From contig CAZJQI010000015.1 in NCBI GenBank assembly GCA_964548275.1, positions 6,842-70,841 of the forward strand: a stretch of 64,000 nt of DNA, given 5' to 3'. Under the pieces are notes generated by a model. It was given only the letters and a program-made list of their open reading frames with translations. It was not told where the DNA came from and made no database searches. Position 1 is the first letter of the stretch, and each line of letters starts with the position of its first letter. The stretch comes from an uncultured Gemmatimonadales bacterium. GTDB taxonomy: Bacteria > Gemmatimonadota > Glassbacteria > GWA2-58-10. Position numbers and translations under genes: made by a program. Positions 28,269 through 39,043 of the stretch are shown here, in pieces.

Positions 28269-31016
28269 TCAACCGGGGATCCCGAATATCTTTTGCACGT
28301 CAAATTCTCCGGTCTGGATATACCTTTTAAGCTCGTCCCTGGCTGTCTGGTCATCCGGGTACTGGACCAGGTACTTCCGGATCGACTCAATGGCCGCCTC
28401 TTTGTTTCCGGAGGCATGATATAACAGGAAAAGATTCCCGTATGAGTTTTTGAATTTCGGATCAAGTTCGATAGCTCGTTCAATAAACCTGGCCGCCTCG
28501 AACTTGTCATTGTTAGAAACCGCCTCCTGGGCCAGTTGCTGGAAAAGCCTCGGGTTGGCAGATTGGTTCTGTAAATTGAAAAAAGAGTCCATCATTGCCA
28601 GCGACTCATTGTATTGCCTGTTACGGGCATAGAGCTGAGCGATCATGAAATCCCACAGGTGGGGATTATCTGAAAACATCCTGGCGCTCAGGTTGGTCTG
28701 GATCGCTTTGTCGATCTCACCCCGCACCTGGTAGCTGTGCGCCAGCCAGGCAAACGGTGCGGCAAAGTGTGAGGCTAGCCGTACGTTCGCCTCCTCTCCG
28801 CCTTTTCTCTCGCGGAAAAACGTCTTGTAAGTGTACACATCGTAAAGCAGCCTCCGCGTGCCCTCCATATCCATGAAAATATCGGTACGTCCGGGAAGGG
28901 CGACAAAATTCGAGTCGGATGCCGCGATATCGGCGGCCTTGCGCGGGTTAATCCTGTAGACCGCCCCGACCATGGACAGATAAGGGTCAAGTCCGCTGCG
29001 GTTATGAGTCGGTACGGTGGTGGTGAAATAAAGCGGCTTCTTCCATTTGTTGGTGCGAAGGATATCCAGAAGGATAATGTCCTTGACATAAAAGATCGAA
29101 CCCTTGGGATAGGTAATGTCGATTTCGCCCCGCTTGAACCGCATATCCTTGGGCAGATGCATCGGCATCATCTTCTCGATTGCCTCATCCCCATAACTGA
29201 TCGGCACCTTCGGCTCCATGTCACGCATCTGCTTGATATACCAGGTGGTGTTGAGCAGGCTCAAGTTTACTACCCGGCAGTCCTGGCGCACTTTCTCCAC
29301 CTCCTGGATATACCAGAGCGGGAAAGTGTCGTTGTCGCCGTTGGTGAAAACTATTCCCCCCGGTTCGAGGGAATTCATGATATTGCGCGCATAATTGGAG
29401 GGGATGAAATTTCCGCTGCGATCTGCCTTGGCATAATTTACTTTGAGCGGAATAAACGCGGCAAGGAAGACAACCACACCTAAGGTGATGAAAGCCGGCT
29501 GGCTGAGCAGCGGCTTGCTTGAGTCCACATGGAAAGCGAGCCTGATCTTGTTTACAATCGCCGCCAGGCCGAGCCCTGCCCAGACCCCGAAAAAGGCGAA
29601 GGAGACTATAAAGAAATAATCGCGCTCGCGAACCTCGTGCAGCGACTGGTCCGGGAACTCATTTAAAAACTGGCTATAGCCAAGTTTGAAATTCATGTAC
29701 GTATTGAGAATCAGGCCTGTGAACAGAAAGACTACCAGCCAGAACCAGAAGGTTTTTTTCTCGCTCAGGTAGTGCTTTACCGCGCCGATTATCCCGATTA
29801 TGACAAAGGTCAGGGTAAGCCAATTGTTCCCGAACTGCCAGCCGAAATATTTCGTATAGAACGGCACGTTATATTTAAAATAAAACCTGATATTCTCGAT
29901 AAAGTCCGTGGCTGAGGAGACAACGGTCTTTTCGGTAACCAGGGACCAGACCAGGCGAGGGAGAATCCCGTAGTTGCTGCCGTACTGCTCGCGGCCGATC
30001 ACCGCCCAGAAATCTTTCAGGTTGGAGGGGTTGCCCTCGTTGATCGGCGGGTTGAACCCCGCGCGGATCAGAAGGTAAGCGTGAATGCTGAAACCGAGCA
30101 GAAACAGCCCCAGGGCGGCGCTGAAAAAACCTAGCGAGCGTTGCCTGTAGGCCCAGTAGGCGCAGATCAATGTAATAAGGATTCCAAAAAAGAAACCGGC
30201 CCTGTTGGCCACATACTTGTATATCCCGAAAATCACATCTGTCAGGGCAACCAGATGATTCAACACTGAGATGAATAACCCTGCATCGCCCAGGGAGGCC
30301 CGATGCATTCTGCCGAACACCGCGCCCAGGTCAATCCCTATTATCACCAGCAGGTAAACCCCGAAAAAGAGTCCGAGCACTGAACACCAGTAGCGCCAGT
30401 TCTCCCAGTCGTGGATCAGGGTGTAAACAATCACTGCCGGGGTGACCAGCATCACTAACAGGTGGTTGCCGATAGAGAGGCTCACCAGATAAATCACCAG
30501 CAGCAGAGTTTTCTTGATCCGCCGGATGTCACTTGATGAGCCTATATAGACCATCAGCCAGGCGCAGAAAATGAATGTGGCTGTGGCGACTGCATAAACC
30601 TCGAATTCGGTTGCATTGGACCAGACCGTTCTCAGAGAGGACGGTATCACTGCGGCGACAAACGCTCCGCCGTGAACTACCAGACGGCTGGCGAGAGAGT
30701 CTGTATTCTCTACCCAGGTTTCGGTTATTTTAACTGCTATCAGGTAAATCAACAACGCGGCGGCCGAGCCGCAGAGCACCGAAAGGAAATTCAGCCGCGC
30801 CGCGATCGATAAAGGCAGGGGAAGCGCTGAAAGCACTCTGCCGATAATCACGAACAGCGGTGTGCCGGGCGGATGAGGAACGCTGAGAGTATAGCTTGCT
30901 GCGATGAACTCGCCCGCATCCCAGAAAGTTACAGTAGGGGCCATCGTTTTCAGGTAGAAGATGAAAACGAAAAAAAAGCTCACCCCAGCCATGATCCAGT
31001 GTTCTTTTTTATACAT
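28269..31016 (-). CDS. DUF2723 (TMEM260-like) GT-C fold membrane protein with C-terminal TPR repeats, paralog 1
   Basis: 915 aa. TFWDAGEFIAASYTL...HPPGTPLF N-terminal motif. About 11 transmembrane segments. C-terminal TPR-like helical repeats. Confidence 0.65.
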   Translation of the reverse strand: MYKKEHWIMAGVSFFFVFIFYLKTMAPTVTFWDAGEFIAASYTLSVPHPPGTPLFVIIGRVLSALPLPLSIAARLNFLSVLCGSAAALLIYLIAVKITETWVENTDSLASRLVVHGGAFVAAVIPSSLRTVWSNATEFEVYAVATATFIFCAWLMVYIGSSSDIRRIKKTLLLVIYLVSLSIGNHLLVMLVTPAVIVYTLIHDWENWRYWCSVLGLFFGVYLLVIIGIDLGAVFGRMHRASLGDAGLFISVLNHLVALTDVIFGIYKYVANRAGFFFGILITLICAYWAYRQRSLGFFSAALGLFLLGFSIHAYLLIRAGFNPPINEGNPSNLKDFWAVIGREQYGSNYGILPRLVWSLVTEKTVVSSATDFIENIRFYFKYNVPFYTKYFGWQFGNNWLTLTFVIIGIIGAVKHYLSEKKTFWFWLVVFLFTGLILNTYMNFKLGYSQFLNEFPDQSLHEVRERDYFFIVSFAFFGVWAGLGLAAIVNKIRLAFHVDSSKPLLSQPAFITLGVVVFLAAFIPLKVNYAKADRSGNFIPSNYARNIMNSLEPGGIVFTNGDNDTFPLWYIQEVEKVRQDCRVVNLSLLNTTWYIKQMRDMEPKVPISYGDEAIEKMMPMHLPKDMRFKRGEIDITYPKGSIFYVKDIILLDILRTNKWKKPLYFTTTVPTHNRSGLDPYLSMVGAVYRINPRKAADIAASDSNFVALPGRTDIFMDMEGTRRLLYDVYTYKTFFRERKGGEEANVRLASHFAAPFAWLAHSYQVRGEIDKAIQTNLSARMFSDNPHLWDFMIAQLYARNRQYNESLAMMDSFFNLQNQSANPRLFQQLAQEAVSNNDKFEAARFIERAIELDPKFKNSYGNLFLLYHASGNKEAAIESIRKYLVQYPDDQTARDELKRYIQTGEFDVQKIFGIPG

Positions 31017-31059
31017 GAGATAATCGCAGATGCAGATTAATTACCGGTTAAGTTTTTAA

Positions 31060-31700
31060 CTGGAATTATTCAGTCAAGCATAATTCCAAGCACGTAGGGG
31101 CGACCGGTTGGTCGCCCGAATTATTGAAGTCTCGTGGTTACGAGGACATAAAATGGGTAGCGTGTAGATGATAAATAATTTCCATCCATGCCCTGATAGA
31201 TATTCCAACATCCGGCATGCCTTTCGTGCTCAGGGTGTGCCCTGAGCACGAGGCGACCTCCCAAGCCAGCGAAGTAAAAGAGACAGATTCGGAATTGACT
31301 TATCTGCTCCGAAAATAATGGACCAAAGGTGTGTTATTCCATGGTTTCGGTAAAAACCACCCGTAGGGGCGCACGGCCGCGCGCCCCTACAGAAAAAAAC
31401 ATTTTCATTATTTCCGGGTGAGCCAGCGGCTCATGACGGCTAACTCGATTTGTTCTGTTTTTCATTAGAGGCGTGTTTATAAATCGATAAGTAGGTCTTT
31501 AACCCTGGACGCCGTAGGGACACGGCGCGCCGTGTCCCTACCCAAGTGGTCGTTTCTTAAACAGTTTCAATTCAACCCGGAAATCGTTTCGTTTTTCTAC
31601 AAAAGAAAATCGATGAAATTTCAATACCCTTCTAGTAATCAACAATTTAGAAAATCGGCCGAGGAATTTATGAATAATCCGGGTTAAATGTTTTCAGTTG
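31060..31700. repeat. REP-like palindromic repeat cluster (GTAGGG...CCCTAC units) in the spacer between the DUF2723 paralogs
   Basis: Palindromes gtaggggcgcacggccgcgcgcccctac (~31363-31390), gtagggacacggcgcgccgtgtccctac (~31514-31541) and gtaggggcgaccggttggtcgccc. A ~150 bp block identical to 35520-35660. Block 31300-31470 recurs at 38285-38445. Confidence 0.6.
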
Positions 31701-31838
31701 TGTAAGAATATTTTCGGCATATCTGAAAAAACTAATTAATATTGCAAATTCAATCAAGATAAATGCCATTCAGCAAAAAGCCCCTGCTCCAGTTCAGCCG
31801 GGGCCCTGTATTGAAACATAATCATCCGGGATCGCGGT

Positions 31839-34601
31839 TTAACCCTGCTGGCCAAAGGCTTTCTGTAAATCGAACTCGTCGGTTTCGAGATACCTTTCAA
31901 GCTCTTCCCTGACCGCGCTTTTATCCGGGAACCGCTCCAGGTAGCGGTTTATCGCCTCCACCGCCTCCTGTTTGTTTCCCATGGTATTATATAACATGAA
32001 AAGGCTGACATAGGCCTCCCAGAAATCCGGGTTCACCTCGATTGCGCGGTTAATGATCCGCGCGGCTTCGTCTCCGTCATTGCTGTTTGCCGCCTTCTGG
32101 GCCAGAATCTGATACAGTTGCATGTTCGGGGATTCGTAGAAATAACTGTTCGCCGAATCGATCATCTCCAGGGCCTTGCCGTATTGTTTTTTAAGTGCGT
32201 AAAGTTCGGCCAGATGGGGATTCCACTCGTGCCGGTTCTGCAGAAACATCCGGCCCAATTTATAAGTTTCCATCAAATCATCGTATTGCTTTCGCTGTAT
32301 AAGGGCATTTGAGAGCAGTTGGAACGCATTCAGAAAATATCTCAGCATATTTTTATTCGCCGCCTCCCCGCTTTCACCCTCGCGGAAAAACGTATCGTAG
32401 TTGTAAACCTGGAAAAGAAGCCTGCGTGTTTTTTCCACGTTAATCACTTTTTCGACCTGGGGGATCAGAACGAAATTAGAGTCGGATTCTGCAATATCCA
32501 TTGCTTTGCGCGAGTTAACCCTGTAGGTAACGCCCTCCACACTAAAATAAGGATCGAGACCGACCCGGTTGTGTTTTGGCACGGAGGTGGTGAAATAAAG
32601 CGGCTTTTTCCAGTTGTTGGCAACCAGAATATGCAGCACCATCCTGTCCTTGACATAAAATGGCGTGTTCTTGGGGTAGATAATATCTATCCCGGCTTGC
32701 TTGAACCTCATATCCCTGGCGTAAATTTTGGGATCGAGAGAGTCGATCTGTTCATCGCTCAGGCGGATCGGCACTTTGGGTTGGATGTCGCGCATCTGCT
32801 TGATATACCAGCTCGAGTTGAGCAGGCTCAGGTTTACCACCCGGCAGTCCTTGCGCACCTGCTCCACCTCCTGGATATACCAGAGCGGGAAAGTATCGTT
32901 GTCGCCGTTGGTGAAAACAATCGCATTCGGCGCAAGTGAGTTCATCAGATTATGTGCATAATTGGAGGGAATATAGTTGCCGCTTCGGTCAGCTTTCGAG
33001 TAATTGGAGTACAAGGGTACGAAAGCGATGAGAAAGATTAAGGCGCTTAATGCAGCGAAAAGGCTCCGGCGCAAGTGCCTGGATTCAGGCTTAAGTTTGA
33101 AAGCGGCCCGTAGCCGGTTCACTATTGCCCCCAGGCCGAGCCCTGCCCACATGCCGTAAAAGGCAAACGAAACGATGAAAAAATAATCGCGCTCGCGCAC
33201 CTCGTGAAGCTGTTCGCCTGCCGGCAGAGAGGGATGAATCTTCACCTCCGGGAACTGGGTGTGACCGAAACGGAAATTCATATAGGCGTTGAGGATGGGA
33301 CCGGTAATCAGAAAAACTGCGAGCCAGAAATAGAACGATTTTTTCTCACTCAGGTAGTGCTTTAGTGCACCGATTATCCCGAGGCCCAAAAAGGCCGCGC
33401 TCAGCATATTACTGCCGAACTGCCAGCCGAAATATTTGGTGTAAAAAGAGAAGTTGTATTTGAAAAAGAACTTGATATTCTCCAGCAATTCAGTCACCGA
33501 GGCGATCTCGTGTTTGCCGGTGACAAGGGTCCAGACCAGGCGCGGTAAGGTCCCGTAAGAGCTCCCGTACTGCTCCCGGCCGATCACTGCCCAGAAATCG
33601 AGCAGGTTGTCGGGCTTGCCTTCATTGATCGGGGGATTGAGCCCGGCCCGGATCAGAAGGTAGATGTGGATGCTGAAACCGAGCAGGAACAGCCCCAGGG
33701 CGGCGCTGAAAAAACATAGCGAGCGTTGCCTGAAAGCCCAGTAGGTGAAGATCGCAGTGATAAGCACGCCGAAATAAAAGCTCGGGCTGCTTGCCACATA
33801 GCTGAATATTCCGAAAATCACTCCTGTCAGGGCCGCCAGGTGATTGAACAGTGAAAGCACAATCCCGGTATCGCCAACGGAGGCCTGGCTCAGCCGGGCG
33901 AAAACCGCGCGCAGGTCGATCCCTTTTATCACCAGCAGGTAAACCCCGAAAAAGAGCCCGAGCACCGAACACCAGTAGCGCCAGTTTTCGCGGTCGTGCA
34001 TCAGGGTGTAGATAATCACCCCCGGGGTGACCAGCATCACGATCAGGTGGTTGGCGATAGAGAGGCTCACGATATAGATCACCAGCAGTAATGTCCTTTT
34101 GATCCGCCGGATATCGGTGGATGAGCCCATGTAGATCATCAGCCAGGCGCAGAGAATGATAGTTGCTGTGGCCACCGTGTATACCTCGAACTCTGTGGCA
34201 TTGGACCAAACCGTGCGCAGAAACGGGGGAATCACAGCCGCAGAGAAAGCTGAGCCGTGCACTAGCATGCGGCCGGCAAAAGTGTCGCTTCTCTTTACCC
34301 AATTCCGGGTGATTTTCACTGCAATCAGGTATAAAAGAAACGAGGCAGTCGCACCGCAAAGCACTGAAATGAAATTCAGGCGCGCCGCAACACAAAACGG
34401 AAGGGGAAGGGATGACACTACCCGGCCGATTATTACGAAAAGCGGAGTGCCGGGGGGGTGGGCTACGCCCAGGGTATAGCTTGCCGCAATGAATTCTCCA
34501 GCATCCCAGAATGTCACGCTCGGAGCCATTGTCATCAGATAGAATGAAAATGTGAAAAGAAAAGTGACAACAGCCATGACCCAGTGTTCTTTTCTGTACA
34601 T
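31839..34601 (-). CDS. DUF2723 (TMEM260-like) GT-C membrane protein with TPR repeats, paralog 2
   Basis: 920 aa, roughly 70% identical to paralog 1 over the full length. Confidence 0.65.
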   Translation of the reverse strand: MYRKEHWVMAVVTFLFTFSFYLMTMAPSVTFWDAGEFIAASYTLGVAHPPGTPLFVIIGRVVSSLPLPFCVAARLNFISVLCGATASFLLYLIAVKITRNWVKRSDTFAGRMLVHGSAFSAAVIPPFLRTVWSNATEFEVYTVATATIILCAWLMIYMGSSTDIRRIKRTLLLVIYIVSLSIANHLIVMLVTPGVIIYTLMHDRENWRYWCSVLGLFFGVYLLVIKGIDLRAVFARLSQASVGDTGIVLSLFNHLAALTGVIFGIFSYVASSPSFYFGVLITAIFTYWAFRQRSLCFFSAALGLFLLGFSIHIYLLIRAGLNPPINEGKPDNLLDFWAVIGREQYGSSYGTLPRLVWTLVTGKHEIASVTELLENIKFFFKYNFSFYTKYFGWQFGSNMLSAAFLGLGIIGALKHYLSEKKSFYFWLAVFLITGPILNAYMNFRFGHTQFPEVKIHPSLPAGEQLHEVRERDYFFIVSFAFYGMWAGLGLGAIVNRLRAAFKLKPESRHLRRSLFAALSALIFLIAFVPLYSNYSKADRSGNYIPSNYAHNLMNSLAPNAIVFTNGDNDTFPLWYIQEVEQVRKDCRVVNLSLLNSSWYIKQMRDIQPKVPIRLSDEQIDSLDPKIYARDMRFKQAGIDIIYPKNTPFYVKDRMVLHILVANNWKKPLYFTTSVPKHNRVGLDPYFSVEGVTYRVNSRKAMDIAESDSNFVLIPQVEKVINVEKTRRLLFQVYNYDTFFREGESGEAANKNMLRYFLNAFQLLSNALIQRKQYDDLMETYKLGRMFLQNRHEWNPHLAELYALKKQYGKALEMIDSANSYFYESPNMQLYQILAQKAANSNDGDEAARIINRAIEVNPDFWEAYVSLFMLYNTMGNKQEAVEAINRYLERFPDKSAVREELERYLETDEFDLQKAFGQQG

Positions 34602-35389
34602 AGTGCGAGAGATTCAGGTTAAGGTTTCTTGAATGGGAAAGAAATAATACGGAAATATATAGAGAAAAAATTTGTCCCGTGAAACGACATGCAAATTTCG
34701 AACCAGCGTAATTTCACTTGAACGGTTGTTCTAATATAATGGCGCATGGCGGATCTGGATACAATAAATAAAGCGAGATTGGTAATCAAAATTGACTTTT
34801 TTCTCACCGTTCTGCTCTTCCCCTGATCAGAGTAACAATTTCGCATGTCCTTCGATATAAATCATGAGCGTAAACTTGGATTTTGATCCTGATGTTGAAA
34901 CTTGTGATCAATACTGTCCGGTAAGAATGGTGTATGAATTAAGAGTTGGTATTATTTAAGGCAGTTACATAGAGATAATGCAAAATGGATTGATGAAAGG
35001 GATGTCTTTATCTTCTTTGATGTGTTTGTTTTTTCTGGCGGCCGTGCAGGCCGCCTCATCAGGGCCGCATGTTCGAGAGACTCCAAAGGAGCGTGTAAAG
35101 GACAAGTAATTTCCATCTCAGGCAGAGCGAAGCCACACCGGTGGGCATGCCATTGATTCGGCTTGCCTGTGGACAAGCCGAATCAGGCGAGCTCGGCGGG
35201 AGCGTTTTGTTACCGGGAAAACAACAAGGGATATAATAGCCTTATTGGCAGTCGAGTTTGCACCCCCGAAAAAACTTTTGGTTACTTTTGGTTACAAAAG
35301 TAACATGAAAAAATAATTTTTCTTTCTGCCTATTAGCCTGAATTATTCATAAATCGCCCGAGGCCATAACAGGTTTCTTTCTAGGGGAG

Positions 35390-35830
35390 TATTACCTTTA
35401 TTTGACTGGAATTATTCAATCAAGCATAATTCCAAGCCCGTAGGGCGACCGATCGGTCGCCCGAATAAGGCTATGCATGCCTCGTGCTACGCTTAATGAA
35501 GTCTCGTGGCTAGGGTACATAAAAGGGGTAGCGTGTAGATGATAAATAATTTCCATCCATGCCCTGATAGATATTCCAACATCCGGCATGCCTTTCGTGC
35601 TCAGGGTGTGCCCTGAGCACGAGGCGACCTCCAGAGAAGCGAAGTAAAAGAGAAAGATTCAGAATTAACTTTTGTTTCTTTTGGTTACAAAAGAAATGGT
35701 TTTGCTTCTTTTGCCACCAAAAGAAGAATAATAATTTATCTAACTATATTTATTCTGTTTTTCATTAGTAATCAATAATTTAGAAAATCGGCCAAAGAAT
35801 TTATGAATAATCCGGGTTAGTTACCCGAAC
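35390..35830. repeat. second copy of the REP-like repeat cluster (within a 1.8 kb ORF-free region)
   Basis: Shares a ~150 bp identical block and GTAGGG-headed palindromes (cgtagggcgaccgatcggtcgcccg) with 31060-31300. Also TTTTGGTTAC-AAAAG mini-hairpins at 35270-35300 and 35650-35720. Confidence 0.55.
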
Positions 35831-36395
35831 AGTGCTGACTTGTGATTATTAAAAAAAGAAGCATGAAAAATGTCTGTCTTGGGAGGATAAAAAATTTGGA
35901 ACCCAACAGTTTCCATCCGGTATTAAAAGTTGATAACAGATTTTGGCTCAGGTAAAAAACAATGAATGCAAACAATTTTTATCTGGCTTGGGCTGGAGTT
36001 AATATCTTGACGTCAAATCAATAGACTGTCTTTTCCCTCGATTCTCAAAACTTGTATGATGTATATACGCGTTTACTTATCTGAATCCGGCTCGATTTTC
36101 GACAATCTTGTCGAATTAAACTCGCTTGGCAAAAATATCGGCATTTCGAGCCATCCTTCCATTACCTGTAACTTATTGAATTAAAAAATCTTACAAATAA
36201 TGAAAAATAAGGTCTTCCGTCTGACATCTTTTTTGTATCTCTAATAAAAATTTCCGCCAATTGATTTTATTTTTTATAATTGTCAGAATAATTTTTTGAA
36301 ATTAGACTTTCCGTGGTGAATACAAGCCGTGCAGGATTCACGCCTCAGGGAAACGAATCAACGAATTACAACTTGACAAACAATTGAGGTGTTAA

Positions 36396-37259
36396 ATGAG
36401 AAAGTTGCCGGTTATCTGTGTTCTTACTGGTTTGCTGTGTTCCTGCAGTGATAATTCTCCGAATGTATTTGTTGTGGATATAGTTGATCCACTGGAGGGT
36501 GCGGCCGCCATCGAGATGGTCCAGTTTCCCGCAGGTGCTTTTCTGATGGGCAGCGACTTGAGATCTGCCTGGGTGATAGAGATTGACCCTGTAACATTAA
36601 GGCCAGATACAACCTTTAACTTTGAACGGCCGGTTCATGCAGTTACAATTGATGCTTTCAAGATCGGCAAGACCGAGATCTCCCAGGAGCAGTTCAAGTC
36701 GGTAACCGGATATAATCCATCGAGATTCTGGGGATTCTATAACCTTCCGGTGGAAAACGTGTCCTGGCAAGAGGCGGTAACTTTCTGCAACAAATTAAGC
36801 GACATAACCGGTCTGGAGCCCTGTTACGACCTGGAAAGCTGGGAATGTGATTTCACCAAAGAGGGTTTCCGCCTGCCCACAGAGGCGGAATGGGAGTACG
36901 CCTGCCGGGCAGGCAGCGATCTGGAATGGATCGCCAGCCCCGATTCGAGCGGTCTATGGCTAACCTCGTGGTATATAACTGACAGCACGTTTATCACCCA
37001 TTCGGTGGCCTCCAAGGAGCCCAACCCTGCGGGATTGTACGATATGACGGGAAATGTCTGGGAGTGGTGCAACGATTTCTTTAAAATATATAACTGCAAC
37101 AGTCAGATAAATCCTGCCGGACCCAAATTGGGCTTCACACGGGCCAGGCGCGGCGGCAGCTGGGCCAGCAGCGCAATCGACTGCCGACCGGCAACTCGCA
37201 TCGGCAGCCACCCCGGGTGGGGTATGTCGACCACAGGTTTTCGGATAGTCCGCCGTTAG
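36396..37259 (+). CDS. FGE-sulfatase (SUMF1/formylglycine-generating enzyme family) domain lipoprotein, paralog 1
   Basis: 287 aa. Lipobox LLCSCSD. RPVHAVTIDAF, LPTEAEWEYACRAG, YDMTGNVWEWCND and RGGSWAS hallmark motifs. Confidence 0.7.
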   Translation: MRKLPVICVLTGLLCSCSDNSPNVFVVDIVDPLEGAAAIEMVQFPAGAFLMGSDLRSAWVIEIDPVTLRPDTTFNFERPVHAVTIDAFKIGKTEISQEQFKSVTGYNPSRFWGFYNLPVENVSWQEAVTFCNKLSDITGLEPCYDLESWECDFTKEGFRLPTEAEWEYACRAGSDLEWIASPDSSGLWLTSWYITDSTFITHSVASKEPNPAGLYDMTGNVWEWCNDFFKIYNCNSQINPAGPKLGFTRARRGGSWASSAIDCRPATRIGSHPGWGMSTTGFRIVRR

Positions 37260-37370
37260 GGTGCTCTTAAAATCGATGGTTCGAAATTGTATCACTCAGC
37301 TTAACGGTATCGGGTAGCCCGGCAGGGCGGCAGCTTATGATAACATGTTATAGGAATTGGTAGGTGACAG

Positions 37371-38237
37371 ATGAGAACTTTACTGATTATTGTTGTTCTG
37401 GCGGGTTTTTTGTTGTGCTCCTGCAGTGACAGTTCGCCGAATATTTTTGTCGTGGATATTGTGGACCCGATGGATGGGGGAATGGACATCGAGATGGTCC
37501 AGCTTCCCGCCGGAACCTTTCTGATGGGAAGCAATTCGCAATATACTGAGTATGAGATGGAGATAGCTGAAGACGTATTTATTACAGTCTATACCTGGGA
37601 AAGGCCGGTGCATGCAGTGACCCTGGACGTTTTCAAGATAAGCTCCACGGAGATCACCCAGGAGCAGTACAGGGTGGTGATGGGAACCAGCCCGTCAAAA
37701 TTTTACGGGTTCGACAACCTGCCGGTGGAGAATGTCTCCTGGGAGGACGCAGTCACTTTTTGCAACAAGCTCAGTGAGATGACCGGTCTGGAGCCCTGTT
37801 ACGAGCTGGCTAGCTGGGAGTGCGATTTCACCCGAAACGGGTTTCGCCTGCCCACCGAGGCGGAATGGGAGTACGCCTGCCGGGGGGGCAGCAAGCTGGA
37901 ATGGGGAAGCGGCAGCACCGGTCCGGGTGACCTCAGGCACACAGCGTGGTTCAGAGAAAACAGCTACCATACGACAAATCCGGTTCGCTCTCTGGCGCCA
38001 AATCTTGCAGGCCTTTACGATATGCAGGGCAATGTCTTGGAATGGTGCAATGATTTTTTGGGCTATTATAACTGCAATCATCAAACTAATCCAACAGGTC
38101 CGTCGCACGGAAAACAGCGCATTGTACGCGGTGGAGCGTGGGCCAGTACCGCCGTGGACTGCCGGCCGAGTACCCGAAGAGGAAGGTTCCAGGATTATAA
38201 AGAACCCTACTTAGGCTTCCGGATAGTGAGCCGTTAA
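37371..38237 (+). CDS. FGE-sulfatase domain lipoprotein, paralog 2
   Basis: 288 aa, roughly 65% identical to paralog 1. Same motifs (RGGAWAS). Confidence 0.7.
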   Translation: MRTLLIIVVLAGFLLCSCSDSSPNIFVVDIVDPMDGGMDIEMVQLPAGTFLMGSNSQYTEYEMEIAEDVFITVYTWERPVHAVTLDVFKISSTEITQEQYRVVMGTSPSKFYGFDNLPVENVSWEDAVTFCNKLSEMTGLEPCYELASWECDFTRNGFRLPTEAEWEYACRGGSKLEWGSGSTGPGDLRHTAWFRENSYHTTNPVRSLAPNLAGLYDMQGNVLEWCNDFLGYYNCNHQTNPTGPSHGKQRIVRGGAWASTAVDCRPSTRRGRFQDYKEPYLGFRIVSR

Positions 38238-38284
38238 TATTTATACCGGAATGTGAACGTATAGCTTTGGATCGCTAAAGGTTG

Positions 38285-38445
38285 TGCAATTTTTCTGCTC
38301 CGAAAACAATGGACCAAAGGAGCGTTATTCCATTGATTCGGTAAAAACCACCCGTAGGGGCGCACGGCCGCGCGCCCCTACAGAAAACAAAACATTTTCA
38401 TTGTTTCCGGGTGAGCCACCGGCTCATGACGACTGACTCGGGTGA
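38285..38445. repeat. third copy of REP-like block including gtaggggcgcacggccgcgcgcccctac
   Basis: Roughly 90% identical to 31300-31470 over ~160 bp. Confidence 0.6.
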
Positions 38446-38541
38446 ATATGTCTTGGATGAAGCCGTTATCTGGATCGTTGCAATGCCTCATCCATCAAGG
38501 GAGGTAGGAAAATAAGATGTCCAGCCCCGTTTATTCATCTC

Positions 38542-39043
38542 ATGGTTTGTCTGGCCTTTTCGATGATGCTGCTCTCTTGCGTTGAGAGGGAAGAGGTAAC
38601 CGGACTCGAAACTGAATCTGGCTATACAATTCGGGGCAGTGTCCAGTACTGGGGAGATGAAATTGCTGCAGCAGGTGTTTTGGTAGGATTAAGCGGCATT
38701 AGTAAATCAGAGACCTGCATTACTGATTCTACTGGCAGCTTCTCATTTACAGATGTTGAGGATGGACTTATACAATATTCCCGATCGAGACTGCGGAAAT
38801 CGATTGCTACTTCATACCGGAGAGTAAGAAAGTAACTGTCAGTGAGGAGGACATTACAGTATTTAGGTTTTCAGCCTTAAAATACCCCAGACTTATTTTA
38901 AGAAACAATAGCCCAAAGAAAATTATCGGGGTACGGTTTTCTGCATACACCAGGCCTCAGGTCTGGAGCGATAACCTCCTTTCTGGTGATCTGGCCCCTT
39001 TTACCGGAAGCGAAATGATACGTTTAAAATCTGAACTAAGTTA
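38542..39043 (+). pseudogene. frameshifted lipoprotein gene with CarboxypepD_reg-like domain (pseudogene or assembly error)
   Basis: Frame 1 (38542..38835): lipobox MMLLSC plus the start of a CarboxypepD_reg fold (TDSTGSFSFTDVEDG). The fold continues in the +2 frame as TYTIFPIETAEIDCYFIPESKKVTV..., open to ~39043. Consistent with loss of one A in gga(a)ctt near ~38770. Confidence 0.45.

Noticed and set aside
33622-34395. 257 aa alternate-frame ORF within DUF2723 paralog 2
   Set aside because: The paralog 2 frame is conserved against paralog 1 along the whole length.
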